64,000 nucleotides of DNA from Clostridia bacterium (GTDB lineage: Bacteria > Bacillota > Clostridia > Oscillospirales > CAG-272), in NCBI GenBank assembly GCA_017467105.1, contig JAFTSU010000002.1, forward strand, positions 40,588 through 104,587. Reading direction: 5' to 3'. This document shows, in pieces, positions 28,862 to 38,834 of the stretch. The position numbers and the translations under genes were made by a program. The notes below the pieces were generated by a model. It ran no database searches. It was not told the DNA's origin and worked only from the letters and a program-made list of their open reading frames with translations. Within the stretch, counting starts at the first letter, position 1; every line of letters begins with the position of its first letter.

Positions 28862-29611
28862 ATGTATCAGCAGGAAAGAATGGATGAAATACTTAAAATA
28901 CTGAAGCAAAATCACTACGTTACGGTGGATTATCTGGTGCAGAAGATCAGATACAGTCCGGCAAGCATCAGACGGGACCTGACCCTTTTGGAAAAGCAGG
29001 GGCTGGTGAAAAGAAGCTGGGGCGGAGTCACCTACAAGGATGCAAACGTATCCCCTTTTATATTCAGACAGCACAGTATGAAGACCGCTAAAAACGCAAT
29101 AGCCAGAGAGGCGGCAAAGCTGATAGGAAACGGCGACGTTATTTTTCTCGACGGCTCATCAACCACTCAGTATATGGGCAGGTACTTAATAGATAAGAAG
29201 GGAATCACCGTTATCACCTGCAATATGATTTTGGCAAATTTCCTCGGCGAGCACGGTGTACAGACCTATTGCACGGGAGGTAAGATCGTAGAGCACCCCG
29301 GTATACTCGGCGGAGAGCTGGCACTCGACACTCTCTCCAAATTCAATATAGACGTAGGCTTCTTCTCCTCTACCGCCTTTAATCTCAAGGGACAGATCCT
29401 ATCCGTCAGCGAGGCGGGCGTACACAATCACAACTGCTACAGAAAATATTCAAAAAAGCTGGTTTACCTCTGCGGCAGTGATAAATTTGAAACCGAAACT
29501 CATTTCGTCAGTATGACTCTCGGCGACGTGGATTGCTTTATAAGCGACGGAAAGCTTCCCGATAAGCTCAGAGAGGAATACAGCAAGACTAAATATATTT
29601 TTACAACCTGA
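28862..29611 (+). CDS. DeoR-family transcriptional regulator
   Basis: The N-terminus MYQQERMDEILKILKQNHYVTVDYLV is a DeoR HTH, followed by a sugar-binding C-terminal domain. The start is moved from 28814. Confidence 0.8.
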   Translation: MYQQERMDEILKILKQNHYVTVDYLVQKIRYSPASIRRDLTLLEKQGLVKRSWGGVTYKDANVSPFIFRQHSMKTAKNAIAREAAKLIGNGDVIFLDGSSTTQYMGRYLIDKKGITVITCNMILANFLGEHGVQTYCTGGKIVEHPGILGGELALDTLSKFNIDVGFFSSTAFNLKGQILSVSEAGVHNHNCYRKYSKKLVYLCGSDKFETETHFVSMTLGDVDCFISDGKLPDKLREEYSKTKYIFTT

Positions 29612-29678
29612 CAGGCTTACGCTAAAAAAACAGTCCTTTCGCCGCTCCAAAGTAAACGACTCTATCATTATTGATCAA

Positions 29679-29780
29679 TGAAAAACGCATCTCTAAACCT
29701 CATAGCTTAAGCAATTGATAAAAACGCATCTATCGCTAAAACTCACAGCTTAAGCAATTGATAAAAACGCATCATATTTC
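29679..29780 (+). repeat. About 2.4 tandem copies of a 39-43-bp unit (AAAAACGCATCT...AGCTTAAGCAATTG)
   Basis: The units span 29679-29717, 29718-29760 and 29761-29780. They lie in a convergent intergenic region. Confidence 0.75.
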
Positions 29781-29783
29781 AAT

Positions 29784-29826
29784 TAAAAAATCGGATCAAG
29801 GACAGCGCCAAGATCCGATTTTTCTA
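29784..29826. terminator. Bidirectional intrinsic terminator
   Basis: AATCGGATC...GATCCGATT stem flanked by an A tract and a T tract. Confidence 0.65.
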
Positions 29827-29849
29827 TTATATGACAACCAAAGATTACA

Positions 29850-30701
29850 TTATACACCGGAATATGCAGAAAATCCGCCGTCGATAGGAAGCACAACTCC
29901 GGTTATAAAGCCTGCTGCCTCATTGTTGACAAGGAAGAGCAGACCGCCCTCAAGCTCCTCGGATTTACCGAATCTGCCCATAGGGGTAGCTGCAAGTATC
30001 TTTCCTGTTCTGGCGGTGGGAGTGCCGTCGGGATTAAAGAGCAGCGCGGCATTCTGCTTCGTAGAGAAGAAGCCGGGCGCTATAGCGTTTACTCTGATAC
30101 CTACCTTTGAGAAATGAACCGCAAGCCACTGGGTAAAGTTGGATATAGCCGCCTTTGCTCCGGAGTATGCGGGGATCTTTGTCAATGGAGTGTACGCGTT
30201 CATAGAGGAGATGTTCAGGATATTGCATCCCTCTCTGCCTACCATCTGGCGAGCAAACGCCTGGGTGGGAATAAGAGTGCCAAGGAAGTTGAGATTAAAA
30301 ACAAAGCCAACTCCCGCGCTGTCAAGATCAAAGAAGCTCTTGGTATCGGCGTCAATATCGCCAAGCTCAAAATACTCCTTGTCGGTGGTCGCTCTCGGGT
30401 TGTTTCCGCCCGCGCCGTTTACGAGGATGTCGCACTTGCCGAGATCTCTCTCAACAGCATCAGCAACGGCATAGCAGGTTTCCTTCTCCAGAACGTTGCA
30501 GGCGTAAGCCTTAGCAACTCCGCCCTCTCTTACGATCTCCTCGGCAAACTGCTTTGCCGCAGCCTCGTTAAGATCGAGAAGCGCAACGGACGCGCCGGCT
30601 CTTGCCAACACCTTTGCAAAGTAGGAGCAAAGCACACCTCCCGCACCGGTAACGACCGCTACCTTACCGGTAAGATCGGTATTTAAAACGTTTTTGTTCA
30701 T
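29850..30701 (-). CDS. SDR-family oxidoreductase (mannonate/fructuronate reductase-like by context)
   Basis: TGAGGVLC cofactor motif and YSGAKAA catalytic motif are present. It lies downstream of uxuA. Confidence 0.7.
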   Translation of the reverse strand: MNKNVLNTDLTGKVAVVTGAGGVLCSYFAKVLARAGASVALLDLNEAAAKQFAEEIVREGGVAKAYACNVLEKETCYAVADAVERDLGKCDILVNGAGGNNPRATTDKEYFELGDIDADTKSFFDLDSAGVGFVFNLNFLGTLIPTQAFARQMVGREGCNILNISSMNAYTPLTKIPAYSGAKAAISNFTQWLAVHFSKVGIRVNAIAPGFFSTKQNAALLFNPDGTPTARTGKILAATPMGRFGKSEELEGGLLFLVNNEAAGFITGVVLPIDGGFSAYSGV

Positions 30702-30719
30702 TTTGATTATTCCTTTGTA

Positions 30720-31766
30720 TTATTTGTTAGCCTTCTCGCATGCCTCGAACAGACCGTTGATATAAGCCGCGCCAAGCGCTCTGTCATACAGACCGTAGCC
30801 GGGCTTGCCCGTCTCGCCCCAGATCATTCTGCCGTGGTCGGGTCTTACGTATCCGTCGAAGCCGGTCTCAACAAGCGCCTTTACGATTTCGTACATATCG
30901 ATAGATCCGCAAGCGGAGAGGTGACCCGACTCCTCGAAGCTTCCGTCGGGGAGAAGAGTTACGTTTCTGATATGCATAAACGCGATTCTGTCCATTGCGC
31001 TGTACTTGCGTACCATCTTAACTATATCGTTGGTTGCGGCACAGCCGAGAGAACCGGTGCAAAGACACAGGCTGTTTGCGGGGCTGTCCACGATCTTCAG
31101 GAATCTGTCGAGATTTTCCTCGCAGGTGATGATTCTGGGGAGACCGAAGATAGGATATGGCGGATCGTCGGGATGGATAGCCATGCGCACGCCGCACTCC
31201 TCCGCAACGGGAATAACCTTCTTCAAGAACTTCTCAAGATTTGCCCACAGGCCCTCTGCGCCAAGCTCGCCGTATGCGGAGATAAGCTCTCTTACCTCGT
31301 CACGAGTATAGCTGGAGTCCCAACCGGGCAGGTTGATATCGTCTACGAGAGGATCAAGGCCTCTCATCTGATCCCAATACATAACAAGACTGGTAGAGCC
31401 GTCGGGCGCAACCTTGTCAAGCTGTGTTCTGGTCCAGTCGAAAACGGGCATAAAGTTATAGGTCACGCACTTGATGCCATACTTCGCGCAGCGGCGCACG
31501 TTCTCGCAGTATACCTCTAGCAGCTCGTCCACGTTTCCTCTGCCAAGCTTGATATTTTCGTGCACGGGTATAGACTCAACGATATCAAACAGCATACCGT
31601 TTGCCTCTACGGCGTCCTTCATTTTCTTAATACTTTCCTCGGGCCAAACCTCACCGGGCTTTACGTCGTAAACCGCGGATACGATCGAGCGCATATTAGG
31701 TATCTGACGAATGTAACCGAGAGTTACGGGATCACCCTCGCCATACCATCTGAATGAAAGCTTCAT
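30720..31766 (-). CDS. uxuA: Mannonate dehydratase
   Basis: 348 aa with N-terminus MKLSFRWYGEGDPVTL, typical of UxuA. Confidence 0.85.
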   Translation of the reverse strand: MKLSFRWYGEGDPVTLGYIRQIPNMRSIVSAVYDVKPGEVWPEESIKKMKDAVEANGMLFDIVESIPVHENIKLGRGNVDELLEVYCENVRRCAKYGIKCVTYNFMPVFDWTRTQLDKVAPDGSTSLVMYWDQMRGLDPLVDDINLPGWDSSYTRDEVRELISAYGELGAEGLWANLEKFLKKVIPVAEECGVRMAIHPDDPPYPIFGLPRIITCEENLDRFLKIVDSPANSLCLCTGSLGCAATNDIVKMVRKYSAMDRIAFMHIRNVTLLPDGSFEESGHLSACGSIDMYEIVKALVETGFDGYVRPDHGRMIWGETGKPGYGLYDRALGAAYINGLFEACEKANK

Positions 31767-32081
31767 AGTATTACTCCTTTTATTACAAATATTATTATAA
31801 TATTACTCTAATTATTATACACGTTTTATGCCAAGTAGTCAATAAAAAAAGAAAAAAAGCGCAAAAGCTCAAGACAAATTTAATAATAATGTCATAAAAT
31901 GATTTAAATTCACTATATATTACAAACCGGTGAATACTAAAATTTTACTCACTCTTTTTATGCGACTGTTAAGAATCTTTTTTATAAACGGAGTTTTAAC
32001 CCCTGTTTTTTAGAGGTATAATATTAAAAGATTAAAAGGAGAAAACTGCTATTGAGATAAAAAGTCTTGTGATAGAATTCT

Positions 32082-32491
32082 ATGAATTATGACACTATTA
32101 TTATAGAATTGCTGGCGAAAGTTAAAATCTTGGAGAAGAGAATCAAAAGAATGGAAAAAAGCTCATTGAAGAAAGTGTTTGATGAGGACGATGCTTTCGA
32201 TGATGACTGGGATATAGAAATTAGCGAAAATCTCCCCGAACCTAAAAAAGAAAAAAATTACCACAGAAGATATACGAGTTTATATCAACAACATAATTGA
32301 AAGCGCACAAAACAAGGGGGGAAGCAAGTATTACAATTATTGCACGAGATATTCACAATAGTTTAAAACTTAAAAAATCGTATCCGATGGTGTGCAACGC
32401 AATGCGTCACTGTATGAAACGTGGAGATGCGGTGGTTCACTCTACCGAAAGTGGTTATTCTTCCACACCGGAAATCAAATATTACACATAA
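32082..32491 (+). pseudogene. Small ORF (about 135 aa if repaired) split into three frames at an A7 and a G6 tract
   Basis: Frame 0 ends ...PEPKKEKN. The +1 frame continues ITTEDIRVYINNIIESAQNKGG. The +2 frame continues SITIIARDIHNSLKLKKSYPMVCNAMRHC... The shifts coincide with A6-G-A7 (32244-32257) and G6 (32316-32321). Confidence 0.5.
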
Positions 32492-32539
32492 GTTATGGGG
32501 CGTGGCTTTGCTACGCCTCATTCATCTATCTAGAAATCA

Positions 32540-32572
32540 AAGGATGCGATGCTTTTTCGGCATCGCATCCTT
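32540..32572. terminator. Bidirectional terminator
   Basis: 13-bp stem AAGGATGCGATGC / GCATCGCATCCTT. Confidence 0.65.
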
Positions 32573-32632
32573 ATAAATATTATACGTATCTCTCGCCCTT
32601 TTTACAAAATTAGTGCGGGGGCGTGTCAAATA

Positions 32633-33940
32633 TTACTTGCCTGCCTGCATTTCCGCAATAGCCTCAAGCACTGCGTCTGCCATGTACTTTAGCTGATCCT
32701 CGGAGAGACCGTAAAGGGGAAGATGAGTGAATCTCTTGTAGAATACTTCCTCGCAAACCGGGCAAGACTTCGCGATCTCGTCCTGGTCGTAGCCCATGTC
32801 GCTCACAACCTTGAAGCGATAGAGAGGACCGAAATGAGGAATATTCGTAACGCTCTTCTCCTCCAGCTTGCGCTTGAGAGTCTGGATATCTCCGCCTGCC
32901 TTAGCGGGATCTATCTTAAGAAGGTAGAGATGGAAGGTGGGCTTGATATCGTCGCCGCCGAGACACTGAGGTATAATAGCGTCGCATTCAGCAAATCTCA
33001 TATTAAGGTATTCTGCGGCAGCCCGTCTTTCTGCGATGATCTCCTCGTTTCTCGCGATCTGAAGAGAAAGTCCAAGGCCCTGTATCTCGGTGGTAGAATA
33101 GTTAACCGCAACGAAGGGCTCACTCTTACCCTGAATAGGAGTAACGTTATAGAGCCAATCCTTGATAGGCTTGGAGAAATCAGTACCGAAGAAGCGGGCT
33201 CTCTTCATCTCCTTGCCGAAATCGGGAATGGTGGTGGTTGCGATACCACCCTCGCCAAAGGACGTGATATTCTTTACCTCGTGGAAGGAGAAGGATGCGA
33301 AATCACCGATAGTACCGATCTTCTTGCCCTTGTACATAGCGCCAAACGCATGCGCCGCATCCTCGAGAACAAGGATGTCATGCTTTCTGGCAAGCTCCAT
33401 AATCGGATCCATATCTACGGGATAGCCGCCGATATGCACGGGAACGATCATCTTGGTCTTAGGCGTGATCTTTCTCTCTACGTCCTTAGGGTCCATATTG
33501 ATGGTCACGGGATCTACGTCCGCAAATACAAGCTTTGCGCCGATGGAAAGAGGATACGCCATAGTTGCCACGAAGGTGATGGCGGGAACGATAACCTCAT
33601 CACCCGGCTTCAGATTTGCGTACTTGTACGCGATCTCAAAGCCTGCCGTGCAGTTGGTAAGGAAAGTAGCGGAGTCGGTGCCCAGATACTTGTTGCAAAG
33701 CTCCTCGCACTCCTCAACCTTGGTACCCAGAGAAAGCTTGCCGGGAGGTGTGGATATCTCTCCGAGAGCCTTGACCTCCTCGTATACACGGCTGATGGCA
33801 GTGTCGTACTCCTTGCCCTCGCCCTGCATCAGAAACTTGATGATCTCCATAAGATCGCTGACGTTGTAGTTTTCGCCTACCGCTGCCCACGGAACCTTAG
33901 TCGCTCCTGTGTTGTAGCGGAAATCTGTTTGCTTTCCCAT
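32633..33940 (-). CDS. DegT/DnrJ/EryC1/StrS-family PLP aminotransferase
   Basis: 435 aa with a SFHEVKNITSFGEGG lysine motif. Confidence 0.8.
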   Translation of the reverse strand: MGKQTDFRYNTGATKVPWAAVGENYNVSDLMEIIKFLMQGEGKEYDTAISRVYEEVKALGEISTPPGKLSLGTKVEECEELCNKYLGTDSATFLTNCTAGFEIAYKYANLKPGDEVIVPAITFVATMAYPLSIGAKLVFADVDPVTINMDPKDVERKITPKTKMIVPVHIGGYPVDMDPIMELARKHDILVLEDAAHAFGAMYKGKKIGTIGDFASFSFHEVKNITSFGEGGIATTTIPDFGKEMKRARFFGTDFSKPIKDWLYNVTPIQGKSEPFVAVNYSTTEIQGLGLSLQIARNEEIIAERRAAAEYLNMRFAECDAIIPQCLGGDDIKPTFHLYLLKIDPAKAGGDIQTLKRKLEEKSVTNIPHFGPLYRFKVVSDMGYDQDEIAKSCPVCEEVFYKRFTHLPLYGLSEDQLKYMADAVLEAIAEMQAGK

Positions 33941-34205
33941 AATTATTCTCCTTTATATACTTTATTTAGTTAAAAGGGGATATGCTGATTTGATTATACC
34001 ATACAGAACCTCCCCTTTACAATGACGGATTGTTGGCGAAAATCTTCATTTTGTTGTATTCACCCCTGTTTCTTACTCTTTTTTTGAAGATTTTTCCCAT
34101 ATTTCACGAAAAAGTCTTAAAAGCGTTCAAAATACTCACCCAAGGTTTATTTTACGAAAAAAATGCAATAATAAAATTATATCAAAAAAAGAAAAGAGTC
34201 TGTTT

Positions 34206-35612
34206 ATGCATACGAAAGCAAAAGCTCCATTCGGATGGAGAGACAAGATAGGATATCTTCTGGGCGATTTTGGAAACGATTTTACCTTTCTTCTCTCCTC
34301 CGGATTTCTACTGAAATTTTACACCGACGTAATGCACGTCAGCGCCGGCATCGTTGGTATCGTTATGATGCTGGCAAGGTTCGTGGACGCCTTTACCGAC
34401 GTGACTATGGGACGCATAGCCGATCACTCACGAGTCAGGGAAAGCGGAAAATTCAAGCCCTGGATACTCAGAATGTGCGGTCCCGTGGCGCTGGCATCCT
34501 TCCTGATATATCAGAGCGCTTTCGCCAACTACGCTCTTTGGTTTAAGGTGCTGTGGCTCGTGATCACGTATATTCTCTGGGGCTCGGTATTTTATACCGC
34601 TATAAATATTCCGTACGGCGCCGTGGCATCCGCCATATCTCCCGAGCCCTCCGACCGTCAGTCATTATCCACCTTCAGATCTATGGGAAGCGTGCTGGCG
34701 GGAGTTGTCGTAGGAGCGGGAATACCTCTGCTTGCCTATGATACGGTAACCGTTGGTGGAGTGGAGATCGCTGAGCTTAACGGTCAGAGATTTACGGTTA
34801 TCGCGGGAGTGTTCTCTATACTCGCAGTGCTGGCATACCTTGGCTGCTATTTTCTGATAACAGAGAGAGCAGTTCCGGAGCATAGACCGAAGGACAGCTC
34901 ACCCGGCGCGCTGAAGCTTATCTCAAATTCTCTGAAAAACCGCGCCCTGATATCTATTATCGTGGCGTCGGTCATAATGCTGTTTTCACAATTCACCCTG
35001 CAACAATTTGCAAACTATATCTATCCCGACTACTACTCCAGCCCGGAGGCGCAGTCCGCCTCGACCCTGGCTATGATGGCGGGAATGATAATATCCGCGG
35101 CGGGAGCTAAGCCTCTGGCTAAAAAATTCGGCAAAGCGGAGATCAGCGCCGCATCCTGCGTGCTGGCATCGGCGGTTTTATGGCTTCTGTTTTTCGTAAG
35201 ACCGGGAAACGTTTGGATATACGTTGCGTTCAGCTTATTCGCCTGGCTGGGTCTTGGTGTCTTTACGATGGTTTCCTGGGCACTGATAACCGACGTTATC
35301 GACGATGCGGAGGTCAGAAACGGTATCAGAGAGGACGGCTCCATCTACTCCCTCTACTCCTTCTCGCGAAAGCTGGGTCAGGCAGCCTCGGCAGGCACAA
35401 CGGGACTTCTGCTCACCGTTATAGGATATGAGAAAACCGGCGGAGCTCCGGTCTCGGATAGCGTGAAGGCGGGTCTGTTCAACGTTTCAACCGTCGTACC
35501 CGCCGTTGGCTTTGCTCTGCTGGCGGCTGTGCTGTGGTTCTACTACCCGCTACACAAGGACAGAGTAGACGCAAACGTAAGACTATTAAAGAGCAAAAGA
35601 GAGATCTCGTGA
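34206..35612 (+). CDS. GPH-family (glycoside-pentoside-hexuronide) cation symporter
   Basis: 468 aa, 12 TM segments. GYLLGDFGN and R..D...D motifs are present. Confidence 0.75.
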   Translation: MHTKAKAPFGWRDKIGYLLGDFGNDFTFLLSSGFLLKFYTDVMHVSAGIVGIVMMLARFVDAFTDVTMGRIADHSRVRESGKFKPWILRMCGPVALASFLIYQSAFANYALWFKVLWLVITYILWGSVFYTAINIPYGAVASAISPEPSDRQSLSTFRSMGSVLAGVVVGAGIPLLAYDTVTVGGVEIAELNGQRFTVIAGVFSILAVLAYLGCYFLITERAVPEHRPKDSSPGALKLISNSLKNRALISIIVASVIMLFSQFTLQQFANYIYPDYYSSPEAQSASTLAMMAGMIISAAGAKPLAKKFGKAEISAASCVLASAVLWLLFFVRPGNVWIYVAFSLFAWLGLGVFTMVSWALITDVIDDAEVRNGIREDGSIYSLYSFSRKLGQAASAGTTGLLLTVIGYEKTGGAPVSDSVKAGLFNVSTVVPAVGFALLAAVLWFYYPLHKDRVDANVRLLKSKREIS

Positions 35613-35640
35613 CAACCGTCACGAGATCTCTCTTATTAAA
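35598..35640 (+). terminator. Intrinsic terminator overlapping the stop codon
   Basis: 17-bp stem AAGAGAGATCTCGTGAC / GTCACGAGATCTCTCTT. Confidence 0.6.
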
Positions 35641-35774
35641 GATTTCTTTTTAGCGATTTTAAAGAAGCATTCGAAGGCATTCATAGGTCCTACCGGGTAA
35701 GAGGAGCAGAAGCCTACGGGCGTGGACGTTTCGGGAGAGCTTACTCACACAATCAAGCCCTTTACCGTCCCTCG

Positions 35775-36197
35775 TCAGATCTTAATATCAAATCTGTCGG
35801 AGCATCGCGGACATTTTACCGTATGCTCGCCTCGAACCTTTGGGAGTCTGAGTGTGCTTTTGCACCCGGGACACCTTTTATACACGTGGGTCTTTCTGTC
35901 TCTCCACTTGTTTTTCATCATCTTAAAATGAGCTGCGATTTTAGATCTTGCGTTGAGATAAAAACTGTTTTCAGCCTGTCTTTTGTAAATATTTCTTGAC
36001 ATTATGCGAAAAATTGACCACACAGCAACACAAAGCTCTATAACCGTGATCGCCCATAATTCCAAGAATAAATTTGCAATTATCAGCACAAGCCACAGAT
36101 AGAGAAGAAAGCTTCCCAGCTCGTCCTTGCCGTATCTTCCCGCCATAAATCTGTATATTCTTTCTCTGAAGCCGCCGCCTCTGCCAAAGTTATTCAT
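35775..36197 (-). CDS. Membrane protein with C-terminal zinc ribbon
   Basis: 140 aa with two TM helices, then CPGC...CPRC. Confidence 0.55.
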   Translation of the reverse strand: MNNFGRGGGFRERIYRFMAGRYGKDELGSFLLYLWLVLIIANLFLELWAITVIELCVAVWSIFRIMSRNIYKRQAENSFYLNARSKIAAHFKMMKNKWRDRKTHVYKRCPGCKSTLRLPKVRGEHTVKCPRCSDRFDIKI

Positions 36198-36518
36198 TTT
36201 TTTCTCCGCCCTTTCTTTTTTCGTATTTTAACACCGATCTTTACCTTTGTCAACAAGTTCCCGATTATATTAACATTTTCCCGATTATTATTTACTCTTC
36301 GTTAACAGAACGGCTTTTCTTAACGTTTGTTCACTATTTTTTCGTCGCACATTTTTTTCGATCAAAAACGCAAAGATTTCAGCCTTCAATTATCCAAAAT
36401 ACCGGCTTTTTCACTTTATTTTTGACCTATTTTTCAAATCCTATTGCATTATTTTTCAAATAGTGTATGATTAACTTAACCCCATAGCGAAGCTAAAGTT
36501 GGAAAGGATGCTAAGGTT

Positions 36519-38834
36519 ATGGATAAGTTTGAAATGATACTCAAGAACAAGCCCCTGCCTCAAGGCGCGCAGACTGTAGTCAACAAAATGCTAGAGGACG
36601 GAGATAACGTGCTTTTCGTCATAGTCGGAGATATGTCCCTCTCGGGAAGCTATGCGGAAACCGCCCTTATCTTCACAGACAAGACCGTGACGAGCTACTC
36701 CTCGGACGATGATTCAAAAAGAACCTACCGTTTCGACGAGCTCAAGGAGGTCAAGTCTAAGAGAATGTACGGTAACGCCACCCTCTCCGCCATAATGCCA
36801 AGCGGCAAGCGGGAGATCTTCTACCGCTACACGTACTCTATCGCAACCCTATGCGATAACGCCGCCCACTTTATAACAAACGTCAGAGACGGCAAAAACA
36901 TTCACGACGAGCTAGCGCTCATGGCAGTTATTTTTGAGCGGGCGCTGAGCGTTTGCTCCAAGTGCGGCAGAACCCTGCTCCATCCGGGCGCGGAGTGTAT
37001 TATGTGCCGCTCCAAGATCAAGGTTATCAAGAAGCTCTCCGTCTATATGCGGCCCGAGCTTAAGATGATCCTTTTGTGTATCTGTCTGTCCCTGGTAACC
37101 ACCGCTATGGCTCTCGTTCCGCCTACAATAACCGGCTTTATCGTGGACGTTGTGTTTCCTAACGGATCGGGCAGCTCTTCTATAGCTCCCTTCAATTACA
37201 TATACGAATCTCTCGGTCGTGATGGCTCTAAAACGCTGACGGCAATGATACTTCTCTTGCTCTCTACGTACGTTCTGCAGTACGGCATCGGTATTATCCG
37301 CGCGTATCACTTCCGCAGAATAGGTAACAAGTGCGTTTCCGCCCTCAGAAGCGATATCTACCGCAAGGCACAGTATCTGCCTATGAGCTTTTACGATAAG
37401 ACCTCAACGGGATCGGTTATAAACAGAATATCCTCCGACTCCGCGACCCTGCAGACCTTTATGCTTCGTATAACGCAGGAGGCTGTAGTTCACTTCTTCC
37501 AGCTGATAGGCATAGTAATCATTATGCTCACGCTGAACCCTGTATTAACGCTTCTGTCGCTCATTCCCGTAATTTTCATCGCTATTGCTACCAGAATATT
37601 CGGAAAAAGAATACGTCCCTTCTACCGCCGTATGTGGCGTAAGTGGACTAAGGTCACGTCCACCCTTACCGATTCCATCCCCTGCATCAAGGTGGTAAAG
37701 TCCTTTACAGGTGAGGAGAGGCAGACTGACAAGTTCAACGAGAAGCTGGAGGATTGGCTGGAGCTTGATAAGAAGCTTGGCAAGCTGACCACAGCCTTCC
37801 CTCAGATAGTATCCTTCTTAGTCACCTGCGGCTCTCTAATTATATGGGGCGTGGGCGGCAGCAAGGTAATCGCCGGGGAGAGCGGCTTCTCCGCCGGTCT
37901 GATAGTCAGCTTCATCTCCTACGCGTCTATGTTCTATAATCCCGTCACCTTCTTTGCTAACCTGTCAGACTCCTTCCAGAGCGCCCTGGCGTCCACTGAG
38001 AAGATACTTGATATTCTCGAAGCAAAGCCCGAGACTCAAGAGGAGGACTGCGTAGTTCCCGACAAGCTGAAGGGCAAGATAGAGTTTCTTCACACCACCT
38101 TTTCCTTTGATAAGACCAAGAAGGTGCTTGATGACGTCACGTTTACAATAAATCCCGGCGAGATCGTCGGCATCGTTGGAACGACGGGCTCGGGTAAATC
38201 CACCCTGGTCAACCTTCTGATGCGCTTTTACGGCGGTTACTCCGGCGAGATACTCGTAGACGGTCACAATATCAAAAACTTTGATCTCTCCGCATATCGG
38301 GCTCAGATAGGCTACGTACAGCAGGAGCCGCAGATGTTCGCGGATACGATATACAACAACATCGCCTACAGTCGCCCCGACGCCACGGTTGAGGAGGTAA
38401 TGGGTGCCGCGGACGTAGCGAACGCCCACGGATTTATAGCCAGACAACCCGACGGCTACGACACTATGCTCGGAGAACGGGGTGTCGGAGTATCCGGCGG
38501 CGAGAAGCAACGACTCTCTATTGCCAGAGCGGTTCTGATGAATCCGTCCATTCTTATCTTCGACGAAGCGACAGCGGCGGTGGACTCCGAGACCGAGCGG
38601 CTTATTCAGGACGCAATAGACAAGCTTATTGCGGGAAGGACCACTCTGATGATCGCCCACCGTCTCTCCACTCTTAAGCGGGCAACGAGAATAATAGTAG
38701 TGGATAACGGAAGAATCATAGAGAACGGCTCGCCCGACGAGCTTATGGCGATGAAGGGCAAATACTACAAGCTTGTGCAGATACAGTCTATGGCGCAGGA
38801 TGCCGACCGTATGAGAGAGGAGGAAAGATTCTGA
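36519..38834 (+). CDS. Fused ABC exporter (TMD-NBD) with an extra N-terminal domain of about 170 aa containing a CxxC...CxxC zinc ribbon
   Basis: Walker A GTTGSGKST, signature SGGEKQR and Walker B LIFDEATAAVD are present. Six TM segments. N-terminal CSKCGR...CIMCRS. Confidence 0.85.
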   Translation: MDKFEMILKNKPLPQGAQTVVNKMLEDGDNVLFVIVGDMSLSGSYAETALIFTDKTVTSYSSDDDSKRTYRFDELKEVKSKRMYGNATLSAIMPSGKREIFYRYTYSIATLCDNAAHFITNVRDGKNIHDELALMAVIFERALSVCSKCGRTLLHPGAECIMCRSKIKVIKKLSVYMRPELKMILLCICLSLVTTAMALVPPTITGFIVDVVFPNGSGSSSIAPFNYIYESLGRDGSKTLTAMILLLLSTYVLQYGIGIIRAYHFRRIGNKCVSALRSDIYRKAQYLPMSFYDKTSTGSVINRISSDSATLQTFMLRITQEAVVHFFQLIGIVIIMLTLNPVLTLLSLIPVIFIAIATRIFGKRIRPFYRRMWRKWTKVTSTLTDSIPCIKVVKSFTGEERQTDKFNEKLEDWLELDKKLGKLTTAFPQIVSFLVTCGSLIIWGVGGSKVIAGESGFSAGLIVSFISYASMFYNPVTFFANLSDSFQSALASTEKILDILEAKPETQEEDCVVPDKLKGKIEFLHTTFSFDKTKKVLDDVTFTINPGEIVGIVGTTGSGKSTLVNLLMRFYGGYSGEILVDGHNIKNFDLSAYRAQIGYVQQEPQMFADTIYNNIAYSRPDATVEEVMGAADVANAHGFIARQPDGYDTMLGERGVGVSGGEKQRLSIARAVLMNPSILIFDEATAAVDSETERLIQDAIDKLIAGRTTLMIAHRLSTLKRATRIIVVDNGRIIENGSPDELMAMKGKYYKLVQIQSMAQDADRMREEERF

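Noticed and set aside
32723-33973. Long antisense ORFs: 32723-33973 (416 aa), 15739-16968 (409 aa), 42301-43533 (410 aa), and the ORFs at 766-1332, 11043-11789 and 30834-31520.
   Set aside because: Each lies fully inside, and opposite to, an ORF with clear family motifs (DegT, GH20, GPH transporter, GldG-like, aconitase, UxuA). Their sequences are low-complexity or stop-avoiding artefacts of GC-rich coding DNA.
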